DNA from: a bacterium
GTDB lineage: Bacteria; Patescibacteriota; Minisyncoccia; Phycocordibacterales; Phycocordibacteraceae
Direction: 5' to 3'
Length of the DNA stretch: 64,000 bases
NCBI GenBank assembly: GCA_021811365.1
Contig: JAJZPB010000001.1
Coordinates: 32,312-96,311 of the forward strand
Positions 28,224 to 38,519 of this stretch are shown in pieces. Positions within the stretch are counted from its first letter, which is position 1, and each line of letters opens with the position of its first letter. Made by a program: the position numbers and the translations under genes. A model generated the notes under the pieces. It was not told the DNA's origin. It saw nothing but the letters and a program-made list of their open reading frames with translations, and did not search any database.

Positions 28224-28697
28224 ATGCCCGACGCAACTGACAGCTACGTCTCGCAAGAGAAGTTCGACGAGATGGTGAAAGAGCTTGAACACCTCAAAAC
28301 CACGCGTCGTACGGAAATTGCAAAAAATCTCGAGTACGCTCGGTCGCTGGGAGATTTGTCCGAAAACGCCGAATACCAAGAAGCGCGCGACTTGCAAGCT
28401 GCAACCGAGGAGCGCATTAAGAAGCTCGAGGAATTTGTGAAGCACGCCAAGATCGCCTCAAGTGGCGCAAAAAAGAACGAAGTCGGCTTCAATTCGAAGG
28501 TGTGGATTCGCAAGGATGGCAGCAGTGACGTGCACGAATACACAATTGTGGGGAGCGAGGAGGCGGACATGCGCGTGAAAAAGCTTTCGCACGTTTCGCC
28601 GCTCGGCGCTGCGCTTATGGGGAAAAAGAAAGGCGACGTGTTTACGTTTGAAACTCCGGCAGGGAAGCAGACCTACGTCGTCGAAAAAATCGGCTAA
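28224..28697 (+). CDS. greA: Transcription elongation factor GreA
   Basis: An N-terminal coiled-coil with conserved acidic residues (SENAEYQEARD) and a C-terminal FKBP-like domain. Confidence 0.9.
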   Translation: MPDATDSYVSQEKFDEMVKELEHLKTTRRTEIAKNLEYARSLGDLSENAEYQEARDLQAATEERIKKLEEFVKHAKIASSGAKKNEVGFNSKVWIRKDGSSDVHEYTIVGSEEADMRVKKLSHVSPLGAALMGKKKGDVFTFETPAGKQTYVVEKIG

Positions 28698-28720
28698 CGT
28701 CTCGCACAGCGTTCTTGCCC

Positions 28721-28752
28721 GAGAAGCCGCCGGCCGCCGGCTTCTCGTTTTT
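28721..28752 (+). terminator. Rho-independent terminator after greA
   Basis: gagaagccg-ccggccgc-cggcttctc followed by gttttt. Confidence 0.6.
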
Positions 28753-28778
28753 CCCGCCGCTCGTGGTAGCATTCCGCT

Positions 28779-30284
28779 ATGGCTCTAGAGGAGATACGCG
28801 CACAGCGGCTCGAAAAGCTGCATCGAATGGAAGAAGCAGGCGTGGACCCGTATCCGGTTAGCAGCAACCGAACCCACGACGTCGCTTCCTTTCTAGCCGA
28901 CTACGAGCGACTTGAGGCAACGAAATCGCCGGTCACTATAGCGGGGCGCATTGTGTCATTTCGCGAGCACGGTGGGGCTATGTTTATCGACGTAAGCGAC
29001 GGGTCGGGCAAGGTACAGGCGTATCTGCAAAAGGATGTCCTCGGCGCGGATTCGTTTGTTTCGTTTCAGAAAAGCGTCGATACGGGCGATTTCGTAGAGT
29101 TTGCTGGGTATGCATATACCACGAAACGCGGCATGCGCTCGGTGCATGCCGAATCCTGGCGTATGCTGGCGAAATCTCTTTTGCCGATACCCGATCAGTG
29201 GTTTGGCCTTAAGGATGAGGATGAACGGTATCGCAAACGGTATCTTGATATCTTATTGTCTGAAGAAACGGCGAATCGCATTCGCCGTCGATCAAAGTTT
29301 TGGAATGTTATTCGTGCGTATTTGCTTGAGCGGGGCTTCGTGGAGGTGGAGACCCCAGTGCTTGAAACGACGACTGGCGGGGCAGAGGCTGCGCCGTTTG
29401 TAACACATCACAGCGCGCTCGATATTGATGTGTACTTGCGCATTAGCGCGGGCGAGCTGTGGCAGAAGCGGCTTATGGTCGCTGGACTGCCTAAAGTGTT
29501 TGAGATCGGGCGTATTTTCCGTAATGAGGGCATGAGCGCTGAGCACGCGCAGGACTACACGCAGCTTGAGTTTTATGAAGCATACAAAGACTATCGGCAG
29601 GGCATGGACATGATTCGCGACCTGTATCGAAAAATTGCTGACGAAGTCTACGGGACCCGCGTTTTCACCATAAAGGGCGCGGAGGTTGATCTTGGAAAAG
29701 AGTGGGAGATGTTTGATTTCAGCGCCCGAATGAAAGCGGCGTATGGGTTTGATCCGCGCGATGCGCTTGATATGCCGCTTGCGAGCCTGCACGCGCAGCT
29801 CGCAAAAATGGGCATCGGCAGCGAGGACGTACAGGATGCGGGTCGAGCGGTAGACCTGCTTTGGAAGAAGATTCGTAAGGAACTCGTTGGACCGGGTTTC
29901 TTGATAAACGTACCGGTGTACATGGAGCCGCTTGCAAAAAAAGACCCCAAAGATCCGCGCGTCGTCGAGCGCTTTCAGATTATGCTTGCGGGCAGCGAAA
30001 TGGGGAAGGGTTTCAGTGAGCTTAATGACCCGATTGATCAGGCAGAACGTTTTAAACGCCAGGGCGACCTGCGTGCTGCTGGAGACGAAGAGGCACAGAT
30101 GCCGGATGCTGAGTACGTCGAAGCGCTTGAGTACGGCATGCCGCCAGCGTTCGGTTTTGGCGTCTCAGAGCGGCTTTTTAGCACGCTCGAGGGCGTGCCG
30201 ATTCGCGAAGGTCAGACCTTCCCGCTCATGCGACCGCGTCCGCTTCGGGTAGACGTCTCAGATAAAACAGACATGCTCGGCTAA
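28779..30284 (+). CDS. lysS: Lysyl-tRNA synthetase (class II)
   Basis: An OB-fold N-terminus, plus class II motifs 2/3 (FRNEGMSAEHAQDYTQLEFYEAY, ...GMPPAFGFGVSERL). Confidence 0.9.
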   Translation: MALEEIRAQRLEKLHRMEEAGVDPYPVSSNRTHDVASFLADYERLEATKSPVTIAGRIVSFREHGGAMFIDVSDGSGKVQAYLQKDVLGADSFVSFQKSVDTGDFVEFAGYAYTTKRGMRSVHAESWRMLAKSLLPIPDQWFGLKDEDERYRKRYLDILLSEETANRIRRRSKFWNVIRAYLLERGFVEVETPVLETTTGGAEAAPFVTHHSALDIDVYLRISAGELWQKRLMVAGLPKVFEIGRIFRNEGMSAEHAQDYTQLEFYEAYKDYRQGMDMIRDLYRKIADEVYGTRVFTIKGAEVDLGKEWEMFDFSARMKAAYGFDPRDALDMPLASLHAQLAKMGIGSEDVQDAGRAVDLLWKKIRKELVGPGFLINVPVYMEPLAKKDPKDPRVVERFQIMLAGSEMGKGFSELNDPIDQAERFKRQGDLRAAGDEEAQMPDAEYVEALEYGMPPAFGFGVSERLFSTLEGVPIREGQTFPLMRPRPLRVDVSDKTDMLG

Positions 30285-30312
30285 CACTCGGGTCTGGTTA
30301 TCGTGCAGGAGA

Positions 30313-30342
30313 AAAGGCGGCCACAGGGGCCGCCTTTTTTGC
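30313..30342 (+). terminator. Rho-independent terminator after lysS
   Basis: aaggcggcc-acagg-ggccgcc followed by tttttt. Confidence 0.7.
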
Positions 30343-30348
30343 GCATCG

Positions 30349-30789
30349 TCAGAGGGCCAGGGGCCGCTCGTCGCGGGTGCGACGACGCCAGCCATGCGCG
30401 TTGCCACCGGACGGCCGTCGCACCCTCAGCAGGTTATCGCCGGTGAGTCGAGCGTGCACGTGGAGGAGCGAGGCGCGGAGCCCCGCCAGACGTGGCGCTT
30501 CCGTAGTGCTGGTTGACCAAGGCCGCAGCGCGAGCTTGCGTGCAGGGAGCGAGGCGATTGCCGCCGGGATTCGATAGCGACTCCCGGGAGCACAGTCTTC
30601 CTCACTCAAAAATCGTGAGTACACGCCTCTGTTGTGGTACGGCCCGTCACAAGTGAAGACCACAATGAGCTCGAGCGGAGGAGCAGTGTCCGCAGAGAGT
30701 AGCACCGTAGGAATTTCTTCTGCCGCCAACAATTCCAACGCGCGGCAGGCGAGCATATCTCCAGCAAAAGCGCCGTAGGTCACGGTCAT
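30349..30789 (-). CDS. Hypothetical protein (146 aa; shorter start chosen)
   Basis: Internal ATG with gggag 9 nt upstream. The longer track ORF extends through a probable non-coding leader. Confidence 0.3.
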   Translation of the reverse strand: MTVTYGAFAGDMLACRALELLAAEEIPTVLLSADTAPPLELIVVFTCDGPYHNRGVYSRFLSEEDCAPGSRYRIPAAIASLPARKLALRPWSTSTTEAPRLAGLRASLLHVHARLTGDNLLRVRRPSGGNAHGWRRRTRDERPLAL

Positions 30790-31112
30790 TGCGTAGTTCT
30801 CCCTAGGGGTGCTGGCGCGTTCAGGCGCGCAAGCGCGGAAGGTACAAACTCGTCCCTGGAAACGAGCGAACCCCCGACCATTCGGTCGGGGGTTCGCTTC
30901 AATGTTCTTCTTTTTAGATTCTCTGGGAAGAAAACTCAAGCGAAACCCCGACCGGCAGTAGGACGAGGCTGGTAATCGCAAGGAGGAGGAGCGATGGGTT
31001 TGCAAAAGATTGCATCACCAACAGATTACCCTAGAGCCGCCGCGTTCGTCAAATACGCGTGCAAGCGACTGGGGATAGCGGACACGGCCGCTCGTGCGGT
31101 ACAGTGCCCAAT

Positions 31113-31847
31113 ATGCAGCAGAAGATTCTTGTGCTCCAGTCGCGAATGAATGCAGAGCTTTTGGCGCGCGAGCAGCGTACGTACGCCGAGCTCGTTCCTG
31201 AGGCGGAATGGGCGTTTATAAGTACGCTCGACGAGCGAATTTCCTGGCAAGACCCGGAGGTCGTCGTAGGAAGCATGGACACGGTGATTATCGGCGGGTC
31301 AGGAGATTTCGATTTCGACGAGGGCCGCGCGCCAGATGATGAAGCGCGGCGCACCTCGCATCGTTTAGCCGAACGCCTGCGGCCGCTCGTGAACTACGTA
31401 ATGGACACGGCGCTGCCTACGCTTGGTATTTGTTACGGGCACCAACTTGTGGCCGAAATTCACGGCGTACCGGTGGTACACGACCCCGAACAAGCAAAGA
31501 GTGGCTCCGAAGACGTTACGCTTACTGAAGAGGGGAAGCGCGATGTCTTTCTCGGTGAACTGCCGGAAACGTTCGTTGCGCAGTACGGACACAAGGACAG
31601 TCTTTCTGCTCTACCGGAGGGAGCAACCCTTCTGGCCACTGGCGAGCGCTGTCGTTTTAGCGCATTACGATACACCCCTGCGTTCTATACGTTTCAGTTC
31701 CACCCGGAGCTCACTGCAGCGGATATGGCACAGCGGCTTTCGAATTTACCCGGGTACATGCCCGACGGCGCCGAAATCAATCACGTCATGCGCGCATCGC
31801 CGGAAGCATCGCTACTCATTCCGCGATTTATCGAACATTTCGCGTAA
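31113..31847 (+). CDS. Class I glutamine amidotransferase-like protein
   Basis: A GICYGHQ nucleophile-elbow-like motif and a distal FHPE (His-Glu) pair. Confidence 0.65.
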   Translation: MQQKILVLQSRMNAELLAREQRTYAELVPEAEWAFISTLDERISWQDPEVVVGSMDTVIIGGSGDFDFDEGRAPDDEARRTSHRLAERLRPLVNYVMDTALPTLGICYGHQLVAEIHGVPVVHDPEQAKSGSEDVTLTEEGKRDVFLGELPETFVAQYGHKDSLSALPEGATLLATGERCRFSALRYTPAFYTFQFHPELTAADMAQRLSNLPGYMPDGAEINHVMRASPEASLLIPRFIEHFA

Positions 31848-32018
31848 GTGCTTCAAGTACACGTCGCGACGAAAAGCGCCTGATCACGGGCGTTTTTCTG
31901 TTGCGTGGGGATAACTTCATGGTGTAAACAGAAGGGAAGTGTCATATAATCCCATCAAGTGGGATGAAGTGGGAAGCGGAATGGTGGTCCGCTTCTCACT
32001 CCAGCCCACGAACCACCC

Positions 32019-32441
32019 ATGTTCATCGGCGAATACACTCATACGCTCGATCCGAAGAATCGGATTTCATTGCCGGCAAAGTTCCGCAAGGACCTTGGCC
32101 GGTCGGTGGTTATTACGCGGGGGCTTGATCACTGCTTGTTCGTGTACTCGAAAAAAGAGTGGGCGAAAGAAGCAGAGAGCCGCGCTTTTCATGCCGGTGG
32201 TAACGCAGCCGGGCGCGGCCTTGCGCGCCTCTTCCTTGCGGGGGCCATGGAGGTCGATGTCGACAGCGCCGGACGCGTGCTCATCGCTGATCATTTGCGC
32301 GCCTACGCCGGACTGAGTTCAAAAGCAATTATTGCGGGGGTCGCCAGTCGCATAGAAATTTGGGACGAAGGGGCGTGGAAGACGTATACCGCCTCGATTG
32401 AGCGCGACGCCGATGCGCTCGCGGAGTCGCTTACCGCATAG
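32019..32441 (+). CDS. mraZ: Transcriptional regulator MraZ
   Basis: MFIGEYTHTLDPKNRISLPAKFR plus a second DxxxR-type repeat. Heads the dcw-type cluster. Confidence 0.9.
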   Translation: MFIGEYTHTLDPKNRISLPAKFRKDLGRSVVITRGLDHCLFVYSKKEWAKEAESRAFHAGGNAAGRGLARLFLAGAMEVDVDSAGRVLIADHLRAYAGLSSKAIIAGVASRIEIWDEGAWKTYTASIERDADALAESLTA

Positions 32442-32446
32442 AGAGT

Positions 32447-33400
32447 ATGGAAGCGAAGCACGCAACCGTCTTGCTCGCTGAGGCTATTGAGGCGCTAGCT
32501 CCGCTCAAAAACGACACAATTGTAGACGCTACCTTGGGCGGGGCGGGGCACTTCGCTGCGATTCTCGCCCGGCTCGGTGGTGACGGCACGATCGTCGGTA
32601 TCGACGCCGACCCAGAAGCGGTCGAACGCGCCCGTGCGGAATATGCGGCAGATCGTCGAGAAGCACGCCCGACCGCGCACTTGGTCAATGACAATTTTCG
32701 CAACCTTGCGCACATCCTTGAGCGGCTCGACCTCGGCAAGGTACAGGGCGTGCTCTTCGACTTGGGCTGGAGCGGCTACCAGATATCTGCACCGCGAGGC
32801 TTTTCATTCCAGCGAGACGAGCCGCTTCTTATGACGTATGGGGAGAACGGCGAAACAGCTGCCCAGGTGGTCAACTCCGCGAGCGAAGCTGAATTAGCCG
32901 ACCTTATTTTCAATTACGGTGAGGAGCGGTTTGCGCGTGGTATCGCTCGTTCGATAGTCATAGCACGAGCGCACGAGCGCATTCTCACTACTGGCGCGCT
33001 TGTGGCGGCGATTATGTCCGGTACGCCAAACTGGTATCACCATCGTCGTATCCACCCCGCAACGAAGACCTTCCAAGCGCTGCGCATTGCCGTCAACGAC
33101 GAACTGGGAGCGCTCAAGGAGGGTGTGTCAGCAGCGCTCGCAGCGCTTGCGGCGGGCGGACGGCTTGCGGTCATTTCGTTCCACAGCATCGAGGACAGGA
33201 TCGTAAAAAAGATGCTCCGTGCTGCGGAGGACTCTGGTTTAGGGTCGCTCTCTCCCAAAAAGCCCTTGGTGCCGAGCCGCGCGGAACTCGCAGCAAATCC
33301 GCGCGCGCGTAGCGCTAAGCTCCGTGTCTTTGAACGCTCGATGCAGCCCGCGGACAGTGCGCTTCTTATTCCTTCAACTCATCACTATACCTATGCGTAA
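32447..33400 (+). CDS. rsmH: 16S rRNA (cytosine1402-N4)-methyltransferase RsmH (MraW)
   Basis: An N-terminal HxxVLL-type element and the SAM-binding region DATLGGAGH. Position is after mraZ. Confidence 0.9.
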   Translation: MEAKHATVLLAEAIEALAPLKNDTIVDATLGGAGHFAAILARLGGDGTIVGIDADPEAVERARAEYAADRREARPTAHLVNDNFRNLAHILERLDLGKVQGVLFDLGWSGYQISAPRGFSFQRDEPLLMTYGENGETAAQVVNSASEAELADLIFNYGEERFARGIARSIVIARAHERILTTGALVAAIMSGTPNWYHHRRIHPATKTFQALRIAVNDELGALKEGVSAALAALAAGGRLAVISFHSIEDRIVKKMLRAAEDSGLGSLSPKKPLVPSRAELAANPRARSAKLRVFERSMQPADSALLIPSTHHYTYA

Positions 33401-33704
33401 TGCTGCTTTCACGTCGCCTGCGCGCGCCCGGGCTTCGTTTTCTCCCATCGCGCTTTTAACGGGCCTTGTAGCAACGCTCGGCGTGGCGTACGTGGGGCTT
33501 ATCGCCGTTGTTATGGCGTACGCTGCCGTTACGGTACAGTTTTCCCAATCGGTGCGCAGCGACGAAGCGCAGGTCGCCGTTCTTGAGGGGCAGTACCTGT
33601 CGGCGATAGCGGGCATCAACAGCACCGACTACGCTGCGGCCGGGTATGCAAAGCCGATTGCTGAGGTATATGTGCCCGGCGCTCGGGCTACGGCGCTGCG
33701 GTAG
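33393..33704 (+). CDS. ftsL: FtsL-like cell division protein (single TM)
   Basis: 103 aa. A short cytoplasmic tail, one TM helix (LLTGLVATLGVAYVGLIAVVMAYAAV), and a coiled-coil-like periplasmic part. Position between rsmH and ftsI. 8-nt overlap with rsmH. Confidence 0.5.
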   Translation: MRNAAFTSPARARASFSPIALLTGLVATLGVAYVGLIAVVMAYAAVTVQFSQSVRSDEAQVAVLEGQYLSAIAGINSTDYAAAGYAKPIAEVYVPGARATALR

Positions 33705-33713
33705 ACTGCGTGC

Positions 33714-35447
33714 ATGCGCGCTGTATTCCGGCTACGAGTTCGTGTGGTGCTTGCGGTGGTGCTTGCCGTAGCAACGCTTATCGTGGGGCGGCTCTATTTC
33801 GTGCAGGTAGCACAGGGTGCCGAGTATAGCCGTAAGGCTGAACAGCAATTTGCGGCCGCCGGACAGAGCGGTCTTTTTGATCGTGGTTCTATTTATTTCA
33901 CGACCAAAAATGGGATACATGTAAGCGCAGCCACGCTCGCTGCGGGGTATCTCGTCGCCATAAACCCGCGCTTGCTTGCCGCGCCTACGGCAGCGTATGA
34001 CGCCATAAGCGCCGTAGCAACCACGACGCTTTCAAAGTCGGCGTTTCTTACGGCTGCCGCCAATAAAAATCTCGTCTACGTCGAGGTGGCGCATGGCCTC
34101 TCGTCTGCTGCTGGGCAATCGCTCGCGGCACAAAATATCACGGGCGTAGAGCTGCTGCCGGAACGCTGGCGCTGGTATCCAGGAGCGTCGCTAGCGACTA
34201 AAACAATCGGCGTGGTCGGCTACGGGTCCGGCTCCACGCTCATTGGACAATCAGGTCTCGAGGAAGAGTACGATTCAGTGCTCGAGCGCTCAGGAGGCGA
34301 CCTGCTCGGCAATTTCTTTGCTACGCTTTTTTCCGGCGCGGGGAGTACGCTGGTAAGCGCACAAAACGCGCGTGAAGGCGACGTCGTGACAACGATAGAG
34401 CCGGAGGTGGAGACGCGGCTTATGGACGACGTTGCCGCCATGAACGCAACGCACTCGAGCCACAGTAGCGGGGGTATTATTATGGATCCAAAAACGGGCG
34501 CTATTATCGCCCTAGCTTCGTACCCGACCTATAACCCGAATGACCTTACAAATGTAAATCCGCAACTACTGGAGAACCCACTGGTCTCGCACGTATATGA
34601 ATTCGGCTCCATTATGAAGCCGATTACCATGGTTTCGGCACTATCGGCCGGGGTCATCTCCGCAACCTCGACCTACAACGACACGGGCTGTTTCCACGTA
34701 GATGGCAGTCGAATCTGCAACTGGAACTACCATGCGTACGGCGTCATTCCGATGAAGACAATCATCATGCAGTCGCTCAACGTCGGTGCTTCGTGGGTGG
34801 CAGAGCAGCTCGGACATGCGCGCATGCATGACTACTTCACGAAAGTATTCGGGAGCAAAACAGGCATAGATTTGCCCAACGAAGCAACGGCGCTGATGAG
34901 CAATCTCTCAAAGCCGCAGCAAATTTACTACGACACGGCGTCCTTCGGAGAAGGCATTGCGGTAACGCCCGTGCAGATGATTCGCGCGGAAGCGGCTATC
35001 GCCAATGGCGGCACGCTCGTGACGCCGCACGTTGTTTCGAGCATCGTGCTCCAGTCGGGGCAAACGAAGGAGCTTTCGTGGCCAAGCGGTCCGCGAGTAT
35101 TTACGCCGCAAGCGACGCGCGAGACGGCGTCAATGATGGACGGCCTCTTCAGTCAGGTGCTCTATAACGGCAAGTACAACATTCCCGGCATACCGGTCGC
35201 AATGAAAACCGGAACGGCGCAGCTGCCGACTCCGACTGGCACGTACTACAACAACAGATTTTTTGACGACGAAGTGGTGTTCTTTCCTTCGAACAACCCC
35301 CGCTTTGTCATCCTGCTCTACACCGAGGACCCAAAGAACGCCATCTACGGCACGGACACCATCACGCCGCCGATGATTGACCTTATTCACTTTCTGATTA
35401 ACTATTACAACATTACGCCCACCGAGGCGGGGACCACAACACCATGA
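33714..35447 (+). CDS. ftsI: Penicillin-binding protein (FtsI/PBP3-like class B transpeptidase)
   Basis: A TM anchor, a dimerization domain, and a transpeptidase domain (active-site-Ser region and KTGTAQ motif). Confidence 0.85.
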   Translation: MRAVFRLRVRVVLAVVLAVATLIVGRLYFVQVAQGAEYSRKAEQQFAAAGQSGLFDRGSIYFTTKNGIHVSAATLAAGYLVAINPRLLAAPTAAYDAISAVATTTLSKSAFLTAAANKNLVYVEVAHGLSSAAGQSLAAQNITGVELLPERWRWYPGASLATKTIGVVGYGSGSTLIGQSGLEEEYDSVLERSGGDLLGNFFATLFSGAGSTLVSAQNAREGDVVTTIEPEVETRLMDDVAAMNATHSSHSSGGIIMDPKTGAIIALASYPTYNPNDLTNVNPQLLENPLVSHVYEFGSIMKPITMVSALSAGVISATSTYNDTGCFHVDGSRICNWNYHAYGVIPMKTIIMQSLNVGASWVAEQLGHARMHDYFTKVFGSKTGIDLPNEATALMSNLSKPQQIYYDTASFGEGIAVTPVQMIRAEAAIANGGTLVTPHVVSSIVLQSGQTKELSWPSGPRVFTPQATRETASMMDGLFSQVLYNGKYNIPGIPVAMKTGTAQLPTPTGTYYNNRFFDDEVVFFPSNNPRFVILLYTEDPKNAIYGTDTITPPMIDLIHFLINYYNITPTEAGTTTP

Positions 35448-36724
35448 AGCAACTACTTAAAGCAATCGGAGCAAGCATTCTCGCGGTTTGCGCGCGGCTT
35501 GTCATTCGGCGCTATAAGCCGAAGATTGTCATGGTTACCGGCTCCGTCGGTAAAACCTCCACAAAGGACGCGGTGGCTGCGGTCCTCGCGGCGCGTTTTT
35601 TCGTTCGCAAGAGCGAGAAAAGCTTCAACAGCGAGTTTGGCGTGCCGTTCACGATTCTGGGCGTGGGGAACCCATGGGGCAAGCCGACCGCCTGGCTTGC
35701 AGTGCTTAAGAGCGCTTTTACGCTTCTCGTCCTCCCTAACCACTACCCCGCACTGCTCGTGCTTGAAGTGGGTGCAGACAGGCCCGGCGATCTTGAACGA
35801 ATACTACGTATCGCGACGCCGGACGCAGTTGTTTTAACGCGCTTGCCGGAAATCCCAGTCCATGTCGAGGCTTACGCATCGCCTGACGCGGTACGCGAAG
35901 AGGAGTCGCTGCCAGCCTATGCACTGTCGTCGGGAGGACCTCTTATCGTGAACGCCGACGACGAGTACGCGCTCGAGGTTGCGGCGCGCACGAGCGCGCG
36001 CGTTATCACCTACGGCGTGAGCGACGAGTCGCGGGTGCGCGTAAGCGCTACAGACTTTTACATAGAAGAAGGTGTAGTCGTTGGAATGCAGACGAAAGTG
36101 CAGGTGGGCGAAGAGGATGCAATCGTGACAGTGCGTGGATCGGTAGGGAAGGCGCAGGTGTTACCAGCCGCGGCGGCAATCGCTATAGCGACCACGTTTG
36201 ACATAGCTCTTCCCGAAGCGCTCGAGGCGCTGGCTGCGTATGAGCCGCCGCCCGGTCGCGGTCGTTTGTTCCGTGGGAAACGCGGCAGCGTCATTGTCGA
36301 TGACTCGTATAACGCGTCGCCGGCAGCCGTTGAGGAGGCGCTCACTACCCTGAAAGCCTTTCCAGGCGCGCGTCGCCGCATTGCTGTTCTTGGCGACATG
36401 CTTGAGCTCGGCCGCTATTCCGTGATGGAGCACGAGCGTCTCGGCGCGCTCGCCGCGGAGAGCTGTGATGTAGTGGTTAGTGTCGGCATTCGCGCGCGCG
36501 GCCTTGCCGCGGCAGCAATCAAGGCGGGCGCCCAGACCGAAACATTTGACGAGTCGAATCGCGCAGGGCTCGCGCTCGCCGATATTGTGCAGGAGGGCGA
36601 TGTCGTGTTGGTCAAGGGTTCGCAAGGGGTGCGTATGGAACGGGTCGTCGAACAGCTGCTCGCGGACTCCGCTGACCGCGCGCGCCTCGTGCGCCAGGAA
36701 AAAGAGTGGCGTAAGCGTAGGTAG
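35444..36724 (+). CDS. murF: UDP-N-acetylmuramoyl-tripeptide--D-alanyl-D-alanine ligase
   Basis: The Mur-ligase P-loop VMVTGSVGKTSTKD and a Mur ligase C-terminal domain (DDSYNASP). ATGA overlap with ftsI. Confidence 0.85.
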   Translation: MKQLLKAIGASILAVCARLVIRRYKPKIVMVTGSVGKTSTKDAVAAVLAARFFVRKSEKSFNSEFGVPFTILGVGNPWGKPTAWLAVLKSAFTLLVLPNHYPALLVLEVGADRPGDLERILRIATPDAVVLTRLPEIPVHVEAYASPDAVREEESLPAYALSSGGPLIVNADDEYALEVAARTSARVITYGVSDESRVRVSATDFYIEEGVVVGMQTKVQVGEEDAIVTVRGSVGKAQVLPAAAAIAIATTFDIALPEALEALAAYEPPPGRGRLFRGKRGSVIVDDSYNASPAAVEEALTTLKAFPGARRRIAVLGDMLELGRYSVMEHERLGALAAESCDVVVSVGIRARGLAAAAIKAGAQTETFDESNRAGLALADIVQEGDVVLVKGSQGVRMERVVEQLLADSADRARLVRQEKEWRKRR

Positions 36725-36743
36725 TTGCTGGGCCCAGCAAACG

Positions 36744-38519
36744 CTAGAGGCCGCGAACCCCGAGCTTTCGATATTCTTCGGACGAAAGGTCGAGGAAATT
36801 CTGGATTTGACTTTCAGAGTAGGATTGGTCCAGGTCTGATAGAGTCACTAGCTGAAAAGATGAAAGCGGGACAGGAGCTTTTTGCAAGAAAAATGAAAGA
36901 TGACCACGCACTACGCTTTCGTTTCCGGCCAGGTAAAAAAGGGCAGGGTACGACCGGCTCAGATACAGCCAAAACGGGTTGAAGGGCAGACTTTGTTTCT
37001 GCATCATCGCGTTAATGCCCGCAATAATTGAGTTCATGGCAATGGCCGTCTGGATTTGTTGATCGAAAAGAGCAGACTGGTCGTGATATAGCGCGATTCG
37101 CCGTTCAAGTGCGTACACGGTGTCCGGAGATGTCTGTCTCGCAAGAGACTCTTCTCCTGTTGCTGATAGGAGATTAGAAATGGTGCCTACATATTGCGAA
37201 ATAGCGTCTTCGGATATAAAAGGCGCGTTCGTGATTTCACTTTCCTCTGTGGCAGCGCGCTTTATCAGCGGACTCCTTTTTTGGAAAGCTTTGCCTAAAA
37301 AAAGCGGCCGTTGAGCAATGCTGTCGGCAAGTCTATAGAGCGATGCGACGCGTGCAGATTCTATGCCCGAGTCGGGGCATTCATAGAAGTTCGACACCCT
37401 TTGCCCAAGGAAAGATAGTCCGTGAGCTTGAAGGTCGGTATAAAAAGCGCTCGACGTTTTCTTGCGCAGGTCGTAAAAATACATGTTGTTAATAGATTCG
37501 AATTGAAAATCTGGCACAGGTGAATGTGCATCTCGGATCGTCCATAGGTACATATAAAAAGGACCTGTGGTAGGCACGCAATCACTTTTTGTAAGTGCCA
37601 CCACGCCGAGGCCCATAAATTGTTCTCCAAGGACGGTGGCGTTTGTTTTTTCCATCGATGTGAGTACCGATTCCACGTGTGTGACTGGTGGTGGTAAGGC
37701 GGCAAGAGTTGTCGAAACTCCTGAAAGGGAACTGGTTCGCGGGAGCAGGCTTTGCAGGGGGGTGCATGCAGTGTTGTTTCCCTGTAGACAGCTAAATCGT
37801 GCAAGCGCTTTTTGTTGGTCGTCTTCCGCACTAGCAGCCAGAGCTGATAAGCGCGCACCGAAAACGCCGCTCGTGGTGTACCCATTAGGGAACGTATATT
37901 CGTTGTTGGCGATGCTTTTACTGCCAAGCCCGTCGAGAGCGGAGGCGGTTTCGTTAAGTGCTGATTGATAGTGCGTCAGCGCAGTTTGCAGCGACGTATT
38001 GTAGAGGAGCGCGCCACTGTAGCTTGGGTGCGTGAGTAGTGCGATACGGTTTTTCTCAAGCTGTGGAAGCGTCTCGAGGAAGGCGATAGGATAAAAACTA
38101 TTCGCGAGTACCGTACGAATGCTGCTGGGGTAGGCCGCCGAGAGCGAATCGACGGATTGCCTGAGGGCCGCTATTGCGAGTGTCAACTTCGCAGGGTCCG
38201 TCCCCCCGAGAGCCATGATGGGATCAAGCCGATTTGCAATTGTAAAGTATGCAATCCGAAAAACCTTAGAAACGGTATTTGGGTTGGTGACTACTTTTCC
38301 GCCTGTTGCCACGACGCCATGACTGACTGAGTAGGTGGTGCTCCCGATGGTAATATCGGGCACAATAAACTGAGAAAATTGCCGACTAAACGCCGAGGAA
38401 TTTGAAGCGAATACCCCCTCTGCTTGAGCGTAATAAACAAGCAGACCTATTCCTATAAAGAGAAAAGCAGAAAGTAAGAAGAATAAAGTACCCCGATGTC
38501 TGTGGATAAGGGATTGCAT
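36744..38519 (-). CDS. Large N-anchored extracellular hypothetical protein (591 aa; start at internal ATG)
   Basis: Start chosen at MQSLIHRHRGTLFFLLSAFLFIGIGLLVYYAQA, a signal-anchor. Ser/Thr/Ala-rich, with no enzymatic motifs. Convergent with murF across the palindrome ttgctgggcccagcaa. Confidence 0.55.
   Translation of the reverse strand: MQSLIHRHRGTLFFLLSAFLFIGIGLLVYYAQAEGVFASNSSAFSRQFSQFIVPDITIGSTTYSVSHGVVATGGKVVTNPNTVSKVFRIAYFTIANRLDPIMALGGTDPAKLTLAIAALRQSVDSLSAAYPSSIRTVLANSFYPIAFLETLPQLEKNRIALLTHPSYSGALLYNTSLQTALTHYQSALNETASALDGLGSKSIANNEYTFPNGYTTSGVFGARLSALAASAEDDQQKALARFSCLQGNNTACTPLQSLLPRTSSLSGVSTTLAALPPPVTHVESVLTSMEKTNATVLGEQFMGLGVVALTKSDCVPTTGPFYMYLWTIRDAHSPVPDFQFESINNMYFYDLRKKTSSAFYTDLQAHGLSFLGQRVSNFYECPDSGIESARVASLYRLADSIAQRPLFLGKAFQKRSPLIKRAATEESEITNAPFISEDAISQYVGTISNLLSATGEESLARQTSPDTVYALERRIALYHDQSALFDQQIQTAIAMNSIIAGINAMMQKQSLPFNPFWLYLSRSYPALFYLAGNESVVRGHLSFFLQKAPVPLSSFQLVTLSDLDQSYSESQIQNFLDLSSEEYRKLGVRGL

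Noticed and set aside
30790-31005. Longer N-terminal extension of the 30349-31005 minus-strand ORF
   Set aside because: The extension is Arg/Ser-rich without structure. An internal ATG at 30787-30789 has a gggag Shine-Dalgarno-like element 9 nt upstream.
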